This document shows, one piece after another, positions 7,095 to 16,772 of a stretch of DNA of 64,000 nt (its first letter is position 1; every line of letters begins with the position of its first letter). The notes beneath the pieces were generated by a model. The model made no database searches. It saw only the letters and a program-made list of their open reading frames with translations, and had not been told where the DNA came from. Source of the DNA: Patescibacteria group bacterium (GTDB taxonomy: Bacteria; Patescibacteriota; Patescibacteriia; JAHIZJ01); contig JAQTMH010000001.1 in the NCBI GenBank assembly GCA_028714495.1, positions 73,721-137,720 on the forward strand, written 5' to 3'. The translations under genes and the position numbers were made by a program.

Positions 7095-8738
7095 TCATTC
7101 AGGGGGTAGCATGGGCATATCGATTCTGTGCTTGCGCACATTGGCGATTGCCTCAGGTTCACCAGAGTCAGCGTGTCGGATCAGTCCGATAGCTGGGTCA
7201 TTGGTAAAGACCCGCATTGCCCTGTCGAGACACTCCTGCGTCGGCTCGATGACGAAGCACTGACCAGCGTGGATTGACTTGCCAATCCCGACTCCGCCGC
7301 CTTGATGCACGCTCACCCAGTCAGCTCCGCCAGCCGTGGCTAGAAGCGCGTTCAGAATCGGCCAATCGGCGATCGCGTCACTGCCGTCAAGCATCCCCTC
7401 GGTCTCACGGCTGGGCGAAGCCACTGAACCACAATCCAGATGATCCCGGCCGACCCAGATCGGCGCTGAAATGTCGCCCGCATGGATTGCCGCGAATATC
7501 TGCTCCACTGCCCGATATCGCTCACCCATGCCCAGCCAGCAAACTCGGGCTGGAAGTCCGCGCAGCCGACTGAAATCAATCTGCTTCTGGGCTTTCCGAA
7601 TCCAGTTCACCAGCCGCTCGTTATCCGGGAAAAGGCTGAGAATGATTTCATCCACGACTGCGATGTCGGCTGGATTGCCAGACAAGGCCGCCACCCGAAA
7701 CGGTCCCCGGCCCTGGCAGAACAGCGGCCGGACATAGAGCGGCACAAAACCCTGGAACTCAAAGGCGCAATCCAATCCCTCACCCTTAGCCCAGAGCCGC
7801 ATGCCATTGCCGTATTCAAAGGTCGTCGCGCCCTTCCGCATCAGAAGAACCATGACCTCCACGTGTCTGGTAATCGTCCGAAGAGACCGCCGCCTGTACT
7901 CAGCCTCATCTTCTTGGCGCAGACGGTTCAACTCTATAAATGACAACCCTTGAGGGCAGTAGCAGACGGGATCATGGGCTGAAGTCTGATCAGTCAAGAA
8001 ATTCGGTACCTGGTCATGATTCAGCAAATACTCAAGCAGATCAACAGCGTTGGCCTGAACTGCTATGGCGATTGCCAGGCCTTCGGCTTTGGCTTGGAAG
8101 GCGCGTTGAACTGCTTGAGGGATGTTACCAAACACCTCATCCACCCAGCCTTCTCGCCGGCAGCGTTGGATTCTGGCTGGATTGATCTCGGCAATCAGAA
8201 TGGTCGCGCCAGTCATCTTGCCAGCCGGCGCTTGTGCTCCACCCATACTGCCAAGACCACCTGAAACAATCAGCGTGCCTGAACCAGCCCCGGCCGCAGC
8301 GAATGTCTCAAAGGTCGCTTGCATGATTCCCTGCTGGTCAATGTAAGCCCAGCTTCCAGCAGTCATCTGGCCATACATGATGAGCTCCCGAGCCTCAAGC
8401 GGCCAGAATTCCGCATCCGTGCACCACTGCGGCACCAGCATGGAGTTGACGATCAGTACCCGGGGCGCCCCTTCAAATGTCCTGAGGATGCCAACCGGCT
8501 TGCCACTCTGCACCAGCAGTGTTTCATCGGGTTTCAGCCGACGCAGGGCCTCATCAATCTTCCAGAAACTTGGCCAGTTGCGCGCGGCCTTACCCCGACC
8601 GCCATAAATGATCAGCCTATCCGGATCTGCTCCCTGCACCACATTGTTGTAGAGCATTCGAAGTGCCCCCTCAATCCCCCAAGAGGCGCAGGTTCTTTCT
8701 GTGCCGGTTATCAGTTTGACCCGATCCGCTTCACCCAT
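7095..8738 (-). CDS. hutU: Urocanate hydratase (urocanase)
   Basis: 547 aa. Sequence spans MYGQMTAGSWAYIDQQGIMQATFETF, LLVQSGKPVGILRTFEGAPRVLIVNSMLVPQW, GRDHLDCGSVASPSRETEGMLDGSDAIADWPILNALL and VSVHQGGGVGIGKS, collinear with known HutU. RBS aaAGGAGGagcATG. Confidence 0.9.
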   Translation of the reverse strand: MGEADRVKLITGTERTCASWGIEGALRMLYNNVVQGADPDRLIIYGGRGKAARNWPSFWKIDEALRRLKPDETLLVQSGKPVGILRTFEGAPRVLIVNSMLVPQWCTDAEFWPLEARELIMYGQMTAGSWAYIDQQGIMQATFETFAAAGAGSGTLIVSGGLGSMGGAQAPAGKMTGATILIAEINPARIQRCRREGWVDEVFGNIPQAVQRAFQAKAEGLAIAIAVQANAVDLLEYLLNHDQVPNFLTDQTSAHDPVCYCPQGLSFIELNRLRQEDEAEYRRRSLRTITRHVEVMVLLMRKGATTFEYGNGMRLWAKGEGLDCAFEFQGFVPLYVRPLFCQGRGPFRVAALSGNPADIAVVDEIILSLFPDNERLVNWIRKAQKQIDFSRLRGLPARVCWLGMGERYRAVEQIFAAIHAGDISAPIWVGRDHLDCGSVASPSRETEGMLDGSDAIADWPILNALLATAGGADWVSVHQGGGVGIGKSIHAGQCFVIEPTQECLDRAMRVFTNDPAIGLIRHADSGEPEAIANVRKHRIDMPMLPPE

Positions 8739-8881
8739 GGCTCCTCCTTTGCTTTCTGATATGCCCTATGTCAAAGTGCCTCCCTACCTGAAAAAAATGA
8801 TACAACGGTAATAAACATTAAGCAACATTGTATATTTTGTCAAATGTTTTATCCAATAATTTTCTCGAAATCGGTCTTCTA

Positions 8882-8910
8882 TTGACATAATCAACTGCCT
8901 ATGATAAACT
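8882..8910 (+). promoter_or_regulatory. Sigma70-like promoter for the RRM protein gene
   Basis: TTGACA, 17-nt spacer, TAAACT. Confidence 0.5.
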
Positions 8911-8957
8911 GGTTTAGCTTATCTTTTTGGGATAATCTAATGGTAACATTAGAGGCT

Positions 8958-8994
8958 AAAGGTCTCCCTAAATAAGAGAGCACTCTAATTAAGT
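8958..8994 (+). promoter_or_regulatory. Conserved 5'UTR element shared with the paralogous RRM gene at 63142
   Basis: aaaggtctccctaaataagagagcactctaattaag matches aaaggtcttcctaaagagagtgcgaattaataag in the 5'UTR of the 63142..63456 gene. Confidence 0.5.
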
Positions 8995-9005
8995 GAACAG
9001 TTACA

Positions 9006-9332
9006 ATGGCAAAAAAATTGTACGTCGGAGGTTTATCCTACGATGTTACCGACGCCCAGCTGAACGAATATTTCGCTCAGGCCGGGACCGTTGAGTCCGC
9101 CTCTGTAGTTATTGACCGAATGACCGGCCGCTCGCGCGGATTCGGCTTCGTGGAAATGGCAACGGATGGAGACGCCCAAAAGGCAATCGAAACCCTGAAT
9201 GGTCAGGAATTCGCCGGACGAACCATTACCGTCAATGAAGCTCGACCAATGTCTGACCGCCCGCGTGGCGGCGGCGGCGGTTTCGGTGGCGGACGAGGTG
9301 GTCGTGGTGGCTTTCAACGACGCGATTACTAA
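9006..9332 (+). CDS. RRM-type RNA-binding protein with a glycine/arginine-rich tail
   Basis: RNP2 LYVGGL and RNP1 RGFGFVEM. C-terminus RPRGGGGGFGGGRGGRGGFQRRDY. Confidence 0.9.
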   Translation: MAKKLYVGGLSYDVTDAQLNEYFAQAGTVESASVVIDRMTGRSRGFGFVEMATDGDAQKAIETLNGQEFAGRTITVNEARPMSDRPRGGGGGFGGGRGGRGGFQRRDY

Positions 9333-9341
9333 GCTTCTATC

Positions 9342-9378
9342 ATACGAAGTTTTACAAAAAGGCCTTCCGATGAGGGAG
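9342..9378 (+). terminator. Probable rho-independent terminator after the RRM gene
   Basis: Imperfect hairpin ggccttccgatgagggaggtc followed by TTTTTGATTAT. Confidence 0.4.
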
Positions 9379-9568
9379 GTCTTTTTGATTATCCTTAACA
9401 TTAGTCGGCAGGACGACTCGGGTTTAAAAAGATGATGAATACTCGGCCAGAGGCCTCGCGTAAGCCAGAGTGTATATTAAATATCTAAGCCGAGGCGTCC
9501 CGCCGAGGCATCACTTACCTAGGCGTCCCGCCAAGTCTTTTTAAACCAAGACGAAGACACTCTCAGGC

Positions 9569-11089
9569 TTAATTCTCCGCGGCCCGATACTGCAAGGCTT
9601 CAGCCACATGCTTGGTCTGAATCGTTTCAGCACCCTCTAAATCAGCAATCGTCCGGCTGACTTTCAGTAATCGAGTATAGGAACGGGCAGTCAATCGAAG
9701 CTGTGTCATCGCCCGGCGAAAAAGCTCGGTCGCGGCCGACTCCACCTGGCAATATTGCTTGAGCTGCTGATTGGTCATTTCAGCATTGGTAAAAATCGCT
9801 TGCCCCTGGAAACGCTTCAGCTGCGCTGCCCGCGCCCGGTTCACCCGCTCGCGGATAGCGGCTGAGGGCTCGGCTGGTCGGACTGAAATCAATTCGTCAA
9901 ATTTCACCCGGGACACGCGCAAATGCAGATCAATCCGGTCCAAAAGCGGCCCGGATATCTTTTTGTTGTATTTGGCAATCTGCCAGGGGCTGCAGGTGCA
10001 TGGCCGCTCGCGGTCGCCGGCGTATCCGCAAGGGCAGGGATTCTGCGCGGCTACCAACATAAATTTTGCCGGGAAATGCATCACGCCATTGACCCGGCTG
10101 ACCACGATCACCCCATCCTCGAGGGGCTGGCGCAGACTTTCGAGAACCGGCCTGGGAAATTCCGGAAATTCATCTAAAAACAGCACGCCGCGATGCGAGA
10201 GAGAAATTTCTCCCGGCCTGGGAATCCGGCCTCCGCCAATCAGCGAGGCGGCTGAAGCAGTGTGGTGCGGCGATCGAAACGGCCGTTGCCGGACTAAAGG
10301 CTGGTCTGGTGAAACTAGGCCGACCACACTGTAAATCCGGGTCACCTCAAGGGATTCCTCAAGTTCCATTTGGGGCAATATCGAAACTAGGGCTTTGGCT
10401 AGAAGCGTTTTGCCCGAACCCGGCGGGCCGGAAAGCAGGACATTGTGCCCGCCTGAGGCAGCGATCTCCAGGGCGCGTTTAGCCTGTTCCTGTCCTTTTA
10501 CCAGGCTGAAGTCGACCGGGTAGTCGCCCGATATTTCGCTCTGCTTAGAAGCTGTGTCTAGACTATATGGTGCGATTGCTTTAATGCCGCAGAGATGATT
10601 TATCAGCTGGTTTAAATTTTCGACCGGGAATATTTCAGCTTCCCGGATAATAGCCGCTTCAGCCGCATTACCTGATGGCAAAAATATTCTTCTCAAATGT
10701 CGGCGCTTCAATTCCTGCATGACGGAAAGAATGCCGCTTACCGGCCTCAACTCTCCCTCAAGCGATAATTCGCCAATGAAAAGAGAATTGCTGTCAACCG
10801 GTTCAAGCTGGTACGAAGCGGCTAAGACGCTAATGGCAATCGGCAAATCAAATGCCGGTCCCTCCTTCTTTATATCAGCTGGGGCGAGATTAACCGTGAC
10901 GCGCGTGGTAGGAAAACTCAAAAGGCTGTTGCGCACTGCTGAACGCACTCGTTCCCGGGCTTCCTGAACCGATGGGTCAGGCAAACCCACAATTAAAAAA
11001 TTCGGCAGTCCAGAGGCGATATCCGCCTCTACTTTTATTAGCCTAGCGTCAAGGCCGACAATCGCGGCCGAACTTGTTTTCGCGGGCAT
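9569..11089 (-). CDS. ComM/YifB-family Mg-chelatase-like AAA+ ATPase
   Basis: 506 aa with N-terminal Lon-like domain, Walker A GPPGSGKT, and the family-typical length and order. Confidence 0.85.
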   Translation of the reverse strand: MPAKTSSAAIVGLDARLIKVEADIASGLPNFLIVGLPDPSVQEARERVRSAVRNSLLSFPTTRVTVNLAPADIKKEGPAFDLPIAISVLAASYQLEPVDSNSLFIGELSLEGELRPVSGILSVMQELKRRHLRRIFLPSGNAAEAAIIREAEIFPVENLNQLINHLCGIKAIAPYSLDTASKQSEISGDYPVDFSLVKGQEQAKRALEIAASGGHNVLLSGPPGSGKTLLAKALVSILPQMELEESLEVTRIYSVVGLVSPDQPLVRQRPFRSPHHTASAASLIGGGRIPRPGEISLSHRGVLFLDEFPEFPRPVLESLRQPLEDGVIVVSRVNGVMHFPAKFMLVAAQNPCPCGYAGDRERPCTCSPWQIAKYNKKISGPLLDRIDLHLRVSRVKFDELISVRPAEPSAAIRERVNRARAAQLKRFQGQAIFTNAEMTNQQLKQYCQVESAATELFRRAMTQLRLTARSYTRLLKVSRTIADLEGAETIQTKHVAEALQYRAAEN

Positions 11090-11145
11090 ATAAAAACAGG
11101 CTTGAATCTCGCCTGCTCTTGTCTTTGACTATATTGTAAACTAAG

Positions 11146-11619
11146 CTACTTATTTTGTAAATGGCGGTCGGTTGATAGACGGAACCAAGCTAGCATGACT
11201 AGGGCCGCTCCGGAAATAATTAATACGTCAGCCAGATTAAATATCGGCCAGTCAAAAACCTTGAGATAATCAATAACGTGCTCAAAAAATATACGATCAA
11301 TAAAATTGTTCAAGGCGCCAGTCAAAACCAAGCTCAGTCCCCAAACCTGAAGAGTCTCTCTCCGGCGGACAACCTGGATTAGCCAGCCGATCAAGCCGGC
11401 GAGAATAAAGACGGTGGCGGAAACAATTACGACTTGAGACAGCGGCAGCCCAAAACCGATGCCCTCATTCGGATAATATCCAAAGGCCAAAATGCGATTG
11501 CCCGAGTCAGACCACTGGTCCTTCATTTGCAGAGCCAGAGATTTGCCCAAACGGTCGAATACAAAACCAACCGCCAACGCGCCTATGAAAAATATCCGTG
11601 ATTTAAAAAGTTTCTGCAT
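11146..11619 (-). CDS. lspA: Lipoprotein signal peptidase II; the ORF extends to 11823 but the likely start is the internal Met at 11619
   Basis: FNLADVLIISGA (LspA FN.AD motif) and 4 TM segments. The N-terminal 68 aa of the long ORF lack LspA similarity. Confidence 0.75.
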   Translation of the reverse strand: MQKLFKSRIFFIGALAVGFVFDRLGKSLALQMKDQWSDSGNRILAFGYYPNEGIGFGLPLSQVVIVSATVFILAGLIGWLIQVVRRRETLQVWGLSLVLTGALNNFIDRIFFEHVIDYLKVFDWPIFNLADVLIISGAALVMLAWFRLSTDRHLQNK

Positions 11620-12249
11620 ATAAAAGATCCCAGCCCTTACATTATAATCGGCCTGGGTCATTTTATCAATTTTTTGTAATTGAAAAGGCGCAGATGTACG
11701 TCCTAAAACATTGTTATATGACGCTCTGCGCCCAAACCTTTGAACCAGTCCTATTGGACCGTGTGAGCGTCCCGCTTTTTCAAACGAGGCTTTCACACAG
11801 TCCAAGTAAGACATGATGTCCAACGGCCTAATGCGATTTCTATCCGACTGTCGAAAACGCGATCTTCACACCGTTCTTGCGGTAATCTTCTAAAGCCCGA
11901 AGGCCTTGGAAAGCTACCTTTTTGTTTTTGTTTTCCCCTGTTTTGGGGGAATTAGTTTTGGTTTCCAGCCTGCCGGAAAGGCAAATGTTCGAACAGTGTG
12001 AAATTTCCCGCTCCATATATAGTATGGAAAGGGTTATTCACACCGTTTAGGCGTGAAGATATTAGGTTTTCAATGAATCTATTACGAGTATAGCAAATAA
12101 AATAAGGCTTGTCAAGAGGATATATTTTTCACTTTTTTTCTTAAGACTAGCCTAAAAAATGAAAAAGAGGGATTTTCACTTTATGTGCATGTCCTGTTAA
12201 TGAAATGTGTGTTTATCCACAAGGGGGTTTTACGCGAAAACCCATAAGC

Positions 12250-13830
12250 TTAAAATTCAATGCAGTAGTTCAAATAAACCCGTTCGTCTTTGCTGCCATC
12301 ACCGATATAAACCTTTTTGATATTGTGACCCAGAGGGCTGATTGATTCGAGATACTTTTGGTCAAGGATGATCAGACGCCTGCCCTTTAAGTTTTCTATA
12401 CAGGTTGGAGTCTGGTTTGTTTCGGTCTCGGGTTTTTGGACTATTGATTTAACAAGCTCGAATGAGTTTGAAAAGATTATTCTGCTCTGCCAAAGGCCGA
12501 AGATGAGCTGCGTTGAATCTGGCAAGGTGAATAATTGAAGACTGTCGATTTTTTGATAGTCAATTTGGAGCGGTTCGGTTTGGCCGGCCTGCGGATCAGG
12601 CAAAAGCTCAGTCACCTTGCTTCCGTCGGTCAAGGTCTTCTCCACTTTTCTGGGAAAACGTAAGCCGATAACCCTTTTAACAAGCGCCTCGAAATTATTT
12701 AGGGCTCCTGAATCGTCGCCCGGCTCGATCGAAAAAAGAAACGGGGCAGTTGAACCATCGGGCTGGCCGCTCTGACCCAGGGTAACATCCGTGGCCACAT
12801 TAAGAAGCGGGAGAATATCTTTTTGCCAGTCAAATCCGATTTCCTCTTTTAAAAATCTCACCCAGTCAAAAGTCGTTTGATCAGATTCATCGCCTTGTTC
12901 TTGTACTAATGTTTCCAAAAAATCTTTTGGGTTTACCTTAAGCCAGCTGAGGGCGCCAGTCCCGGGCAAATAACGAATCGACTCGCGATAAATATCTTCC
13001 GCCTCGCCCGCGCTCACCTCTTCGAGTAAGGTTGGCACGTGATTACTCATTGTCCCCATAAAGGTCCCCTGGGCAATATCTAGTTCAAGATACAGTTCAG
13101 ATAGCTCGGTTGAATTTCGTAAGATTAAATTGGCTGCCGTATCATTTTCTTTATCCGCGCTAAAATAATCGGCTAGACGAACAATCCCGGTAACCAGGTG
13201 CGAACCTCGGCGATAGGGTTTGATTTTGTCTTCGATCGAAGCCCGCTCTTTCTTTTCAACCGAGCTCACCGCTTGAATCAAATCGCTTGAATTGGCAATG
13301 ACAAAAATATCGCCTGGCAAATTGGTCCGGTACAAAACTTTATCCGAGGCAATCGCCTGTTTTGTTATTGCCGTGCCGTTGACTGTTTCAGTAGTGCCAG
13401 CACCGAACATTTCGACTAGCAGCTTTTCAAAACGATCGGCCGAACGGACTTTGGCCAGGAGACCGGTTTTTTCTCCGGCTAATTGCACGAGAGCGATTTC
13501 ATTGCCAAATTCCGAACTCAAGCGATCTAGATCGAAGGAGCTCGAAAAAATTCGCTTCAACTCCTTTTCAGCGTTGACCATAAATGTATTCCAGCCTTCG
13601 TTATCCTCCAGATCCTTAAGTTGCCGGCGCGGCTGGCCGCTCAAATCAAGGTGGAGATAAAGCCGGGCGTCTGCTGGCACCAGGCGGTCAAGCCTAGCCC
13701 GGGATTTAAAGAAAAACGGCTTTTCCAAAACCAAAGTCAAAATCACGATTGCCACAATAATAAAAAACCCTCCCACTATCACGCCGGCCAAGCGCTTGTC
13801 AATCAGACCTTTTTTCTCTTGGAACCACAT
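12250..13830 (-). CDS. Hypothetical membrane-anchored (N-terminal TM) extracytoplasmic protein
   Basis: 526 aa ORF with TM LAGVIVGGFFIIVAIVILTLVL near the N-terminus. No recognisable catalytic motif. Confidence 0.6.
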   Translation of the reverse strand: MWFQEKKGLIDKRLAGVIVGGFFIIVAIVILTLVLEKPFFFKSRARLDRLVPADARLYLHLDLSGQPRRQLKDLEDNEGWNTFMVNAEKELKRIFSSSFDLDRLSSEFGNEIALVQLAGEKTGLLAKVRSADRFEKLLVEMFGAGTTETVNGTAITKQAIASDKVLYRTNLPGDIFVIANSSDLIQAVSSVEKKERASIEDKIKPYRRGSHLVTGIVRLADYFSADKENDTAANLILRNSTELSELYLELDIAQGTFMGTMSNHVPTLLEEVSAGEAEDIYRESIRYLPGTGALSWLKVNPKDFLETLVQEQGDESDQTTFDWVRFLKEEIGFDWQKDILPLLNVATDVTLGQSGQPDGSTAPFLFSIEPGDDSGALNNFEALVKRVIGLRFPRKVEKTLTDGSKVTELLPDPQAGQTEPLQIDYQKIDSLQLFTLPDSTQLIFGLWQSRIIFSNSFELVKSIVQKPETETNQTPTCIENLKGRRLIILDQKYLESISPLGHNIKKVYIGDGSKDERVYLNYCIEF

Positions 13831-14383
13831 TTTTCCTTATGTGTTCAATGACAATTTTGATTTCTTCTTCTTTCCCGATTTTGGTCGTATCCAGGATATA
13901 ATCGTAATTCTTCGGGTTGAATATGTCCGATTTATTGTAATACTTTTGGTAGCGCCGCTCGTCACTGGCCATGCGATTTTTTACGCTAGCGATGACGTCG
14001 GCCAGGCTTTTGGGATTGGCCATCTCATTGCGCTTCTCTGGGTGAATCTGCAAATCCTTCCAGATCCGTTTGGCGCCTTCCTCAACCTCAATGTCAAGAA
14101 ATATCTTGTATGATCGCGGGATTAGAAAAAAAGACGTCCGGCCTTCAATCACGAAATTGTCCTCGGTTTCACCAAGCTTCTTCTGGTATTCATCAACCTC
14201 CCGGTCGGTAAAATCCTCCCGTTCACCCAGGCGGTTCAAATCCTCGAGTGTCAGGCCGCGCTGCCTGGCCATTTCCCGGCGCAGCCCGCCGATGTAATAG
14301 CGTTTCAAACCGAATTCCCGGGCAATGGCTTCAGCCACCGAACTTTTTCCCGAGCCGGGCTTGCCAGAAATAGAAATAATCAT
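13799..14383 (-). CDS. cmk: Cytidylate (CMP) kinase-like P-loop NMP kinase
   Basis: ISISGKPGSGKSSVAEAIA Walker A at the N-terminus. 194 aa, immediately downstream of pnp. Confidence 0.7.
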   Translation of the reverse strand: MIISISGKPGSGKSSVAEAIAREFGLKRYYIGGLRREMARQRGLTLEDLNRLGEREDFTDREVDEYQKKLGETEDNFVIEGRTSFFLIPRSYKIFLDIEVEEGAKRIWKDLQIHPEKRNEMANPKSLADVIASVKNRMASDERRYQKYYNKSDIFNPKNYDYILDTTKIGKEEEIKIVIEHIRKNVVPREKRSD

Positions 14384-14392
14384 TTGTCTATT

Positions 14393-16651
14393 TTAATATC
14401 TTCGACGAGAATCGTGCGGACGGCGGGGACCCATTGGTCTGGGCCGGCTACCGAAAGGTCTCATTGGCCGAGCGTTGTTTTTCCTCTCAGTCGTTTGTTC
14501 CGGAGTTTCATTGACCGCTCGGCAGGAAAGGCTGATCCGGCCTCGCTCCTTATCAACGTCAACCACTTTGACTTTGACTTTGTCGCCTACTTTGACCACG
14601 TCGCTGACACTGGGTACTCGATGATCTGTTAATTCAGAAATGTGGACCATCCCGTCTTGGCCGGGTAGAAATTGAACAATGGCTCCGATTTCACTGCCGG
14701 AATTCCGATCTAGAACGATCTGTGATACCGTGCCCTCGAATTCTTCACCGATTTGGACTTCGTAGGTTAGGTTTTTGATCCAGTCCATCGCTTTCTGGGC
14801 CATCTCTGAACTATGGGAAGTAACCATGACCAAGCCGTCATCTTCAATATCTATCTTAGTCACGTCCTTGCCTCCGCAATTGTCAATAATTTCGTTAATG
14901 GTTTCTCCGCCCTTGCCGATAACATCGCGGATTTTCTTCGGATCAATTCGCAGCGAGGTTATTCTCGGGGCATAGGGCGAAAGCTCGGCCCGCGGCGCCG
15001 GAATGATTTCAGCCATCTTGTCCAAAAGGGTATGCCGGACCGTTTTCGCCCGCTCAAAAGCCTTGGCGCAAATTTCCAGCGTCAGTCCGGTATTTTTTAC
15101 ATCCAGCTGGACCGCCGTTATTCCGTCGCGCGTGCCAGCCACCTTGAAGTCCATATCGCCGCCGTGATCCTCCTCGCCTTGAATGTCGGTTAAAAGCTGG
15201 AATTTATCGCCTTTTTTATCCGACATTAGACCGATTGAAATGCCGGATACCGGCTTCGAAATCGGCACTCCGGCGTCCATCAGGGCAAGGGTCGAACCGC
15301 AGGTTGAGGCCATCGAGGTTGAACCGTTGGATGACAATACTTCAGAAACGACCCTGATGGTGTAGGGAAATTTTTCCTTGTCAGGCAAAACCGGAAGCAA
15401 GGCCTTTTCCGCCAAAGCGCCGTGGCCGATTTCCCGCCGGCCAGGCCCCCGCAATGGAGCCACTTCACCTACGGAAAAGCCGGGGAAATTATAGTGGTGC
15501 ATATAGCGTTTCTTGCCGCTTTCTTCCATGGTGTCAAGAACTTGCTCATCGCCAGGTGAGCCCAGAGTGACAATCGAAAGGACCTGCGTTTCGCCGCGCT
15601 GGAAAAGTCCGCTCCCGTGCGTTCGGGGTAAAATCCCGACTTCGACATTAAGCGGACGAATTTCCTCAGTGGTCCTGCCGTCAATCCGGCGGCCGGTTTC
15701 GAGCACCTGCAGTCTGATCGTTTCTTCCATCATTTTATGGAATACTCCGGCGGCTTTCAGGCGCATCTCTTTAGTCACTTTATTATCCTCTTTTAACATG
15801 GCGTCCAATTCTCCCAAAAGCTTGTAGGTTTCGTTATTGCGGGAGACACTGTCAGTCAGTTCGAGAATCTTGGCCAGTCGCGCCTTGGTGTACTCTTTTA
15901 CTTTATCTTCCAGAAGCTTAAGCGCCTCGATATCTTCGGGGGTCGGCTCTGGAATAACCATCTTGGGCTGACCAACTTCTTGCCTGACTTGCTCGATTAA
16001 ATCCAGAATCTTGCGCAAGTGTTTCTGGCCGAAGCTGACCGCCTCCATCACCTGTGCCTCGGGAACTTCCTTGGCTCCAGCTTCGAGCATCACGACCTTC
16101 TCGGCGTTTCCGACCACCACCAAATCCAACACCGACTTTTCTCTAGCCGTGTAGGTCGGATTAAGCGCCCATTCATCATTGATCCGGCCGACGCGCACGC
16201 CGCTCACCGGTCCGTTCCAGGGAATGTTTGAAATCGCCAGGGCGCAGGAAGCGGCAATCAGGCCCGGAATGTCGGAATCGTTTTCCTGATCAACCGAAAG
16301 GCAGGTAATGACCACCTGCACGTCATTGCGAATCGTGTCCTTGAAAAAAGGACGGATCGAGCGGTCAACCAACCGCGAGGTTAATATCGCTTCGTCGCTC
16401 GGCCGGCCTTCGCGCTTGATGAAACGCGAACCTTTGATTTTGCCGGCGGCGTAAAGGCGCTCTTCGTAATCAACCAAAAGCGGGAAGTAATCAATGCCCT
16501 CCCTGATTGTTTCGCTCATCACCGCCGTGCCTAAAACCACCGTGTCACCATAGCGCACGGTACATGCACCGTCGGCTTGACCGGCGAATCGGCCTACCTC
16601 AATCGTGAGCGGTCGTCCACCGATTTCAGTCGAAAATTGTTTGACTGCCAT
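14393..16651 (-). CDS. pnp: Polynucleotide phosphorylase
   Basis: 752 aa. Sequence spans MAVKQFSTEIGGRPLTIEVGRFAGQADGA, two RNase PH domains, KH and S1 domains, and a basic C-terminal tail. Confidence 0.95.
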   Translation of the reverse strand: MAVKQFSTEIGGRPLTIEVGRFAGQADGACTVRYGDTVVLGTAVMSETIREGIDYFPLLVDYEERLYAAGKIKGSRFIKREGRPSDEAILTSRLVDRSIRPFFKDTIRNDVQVVITCLSVDQENDSDIPGLIAASCALAISNIPWNGPVSGVRVGRINDEWALNPTYTAREKSVLDLVVVGNAEKVVMLEAGAKEVPEAQVMEAVSFGQKHLRKILDLIEQVRQEVGQPKMVIPEPTPEDIEALKLLEDKVKEYTKARLAKILELTDSVSRNNETYKLLGELDAMLKEDNKVTKEMRLKAAGVFHKMMEETIRLQVLETGRRIDGRTTEEIRPLNVEVGILPRTHGSGLFQRGETQVLSIVTLGSPGDEQVLDTMEESGKKRYMHHYNFPGFSVGEVAPLRGPGRREIGHGALAEKALLPVLPDKEKFPYTIRVVSEVLSSNGSTSMASTCGSTLALMDAGVPISKPVSGISIGLMSDKKGDKFQLLTDIQGEEDHGGDMDFKVAGTRDGITAVQLDVKNTGLTLEICAKAFERAKTVRHTLLDKMAEIIPAPRAELSPYAPRITSLRIDPKKIRDVIGKGGETINEIIDNCGGKDVTKIDIEDDGLVMVTSHSSEMAQKAMDWIKNLTYEVQIGEEFEGTVSQIVLDRNSGSEIGAIVQFLPGQDGMVHISELTDHRVPSVSDVVKVGDKVKVKVVDVDKERGRISLSCRAVNETPEQTTERKNNARPMRPFGSRPRPMGPRRPHDSRRRY

Positions 16652-16677
16652 AAGTTAAGATCCTTTGCGTCTCCTGA

Positions 16678-16735
16678 CCCGCAGACTCCAGACTTTCATG
16701 CTAAAAAAGATGGAAAAGTCTGACTGTCTGGGGGC
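16678..16735 (-). promoter_or_regulatory. Long imperfect hairpin in the pnp 5' leader (candidate RNase III autoregulatory site)
   Basis: cccgcagactccagacttt pairs with aaagtctgactgtctggggg. By analogy to the E. coli pnp leader. Confidence 0.45.
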
Positions 16736-16772
16736 CAATGGAGAAATTAATTATGTATAATAATGAACGTTT

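Noticed and set aside
11620-11823. N-terminal 68-aa extension of the lspA ORF
   Set aside because: It has no similarity to signal peptidase II, which begins at the first TM near the internal Met. The extension is probably upstream noncoding sequence read through in frame.
11950-11990. SRP RNA-like GGAA tetraloop hairpin (ctgcc-ggaaa-ggca)
   Set aside because: The flanking sequence does not match the conserved SRP domain IV (AGGUCCGGAAGGAAGCAGCC) symmetric loop.
14775-16231. Antisense ORFs within pnp (14775..14975, 14813..15193, 15513..15827, 16019..16231 and others)
   Set aside because: They are fully contained in the well-supported pnp coding frame on the opposite strand.
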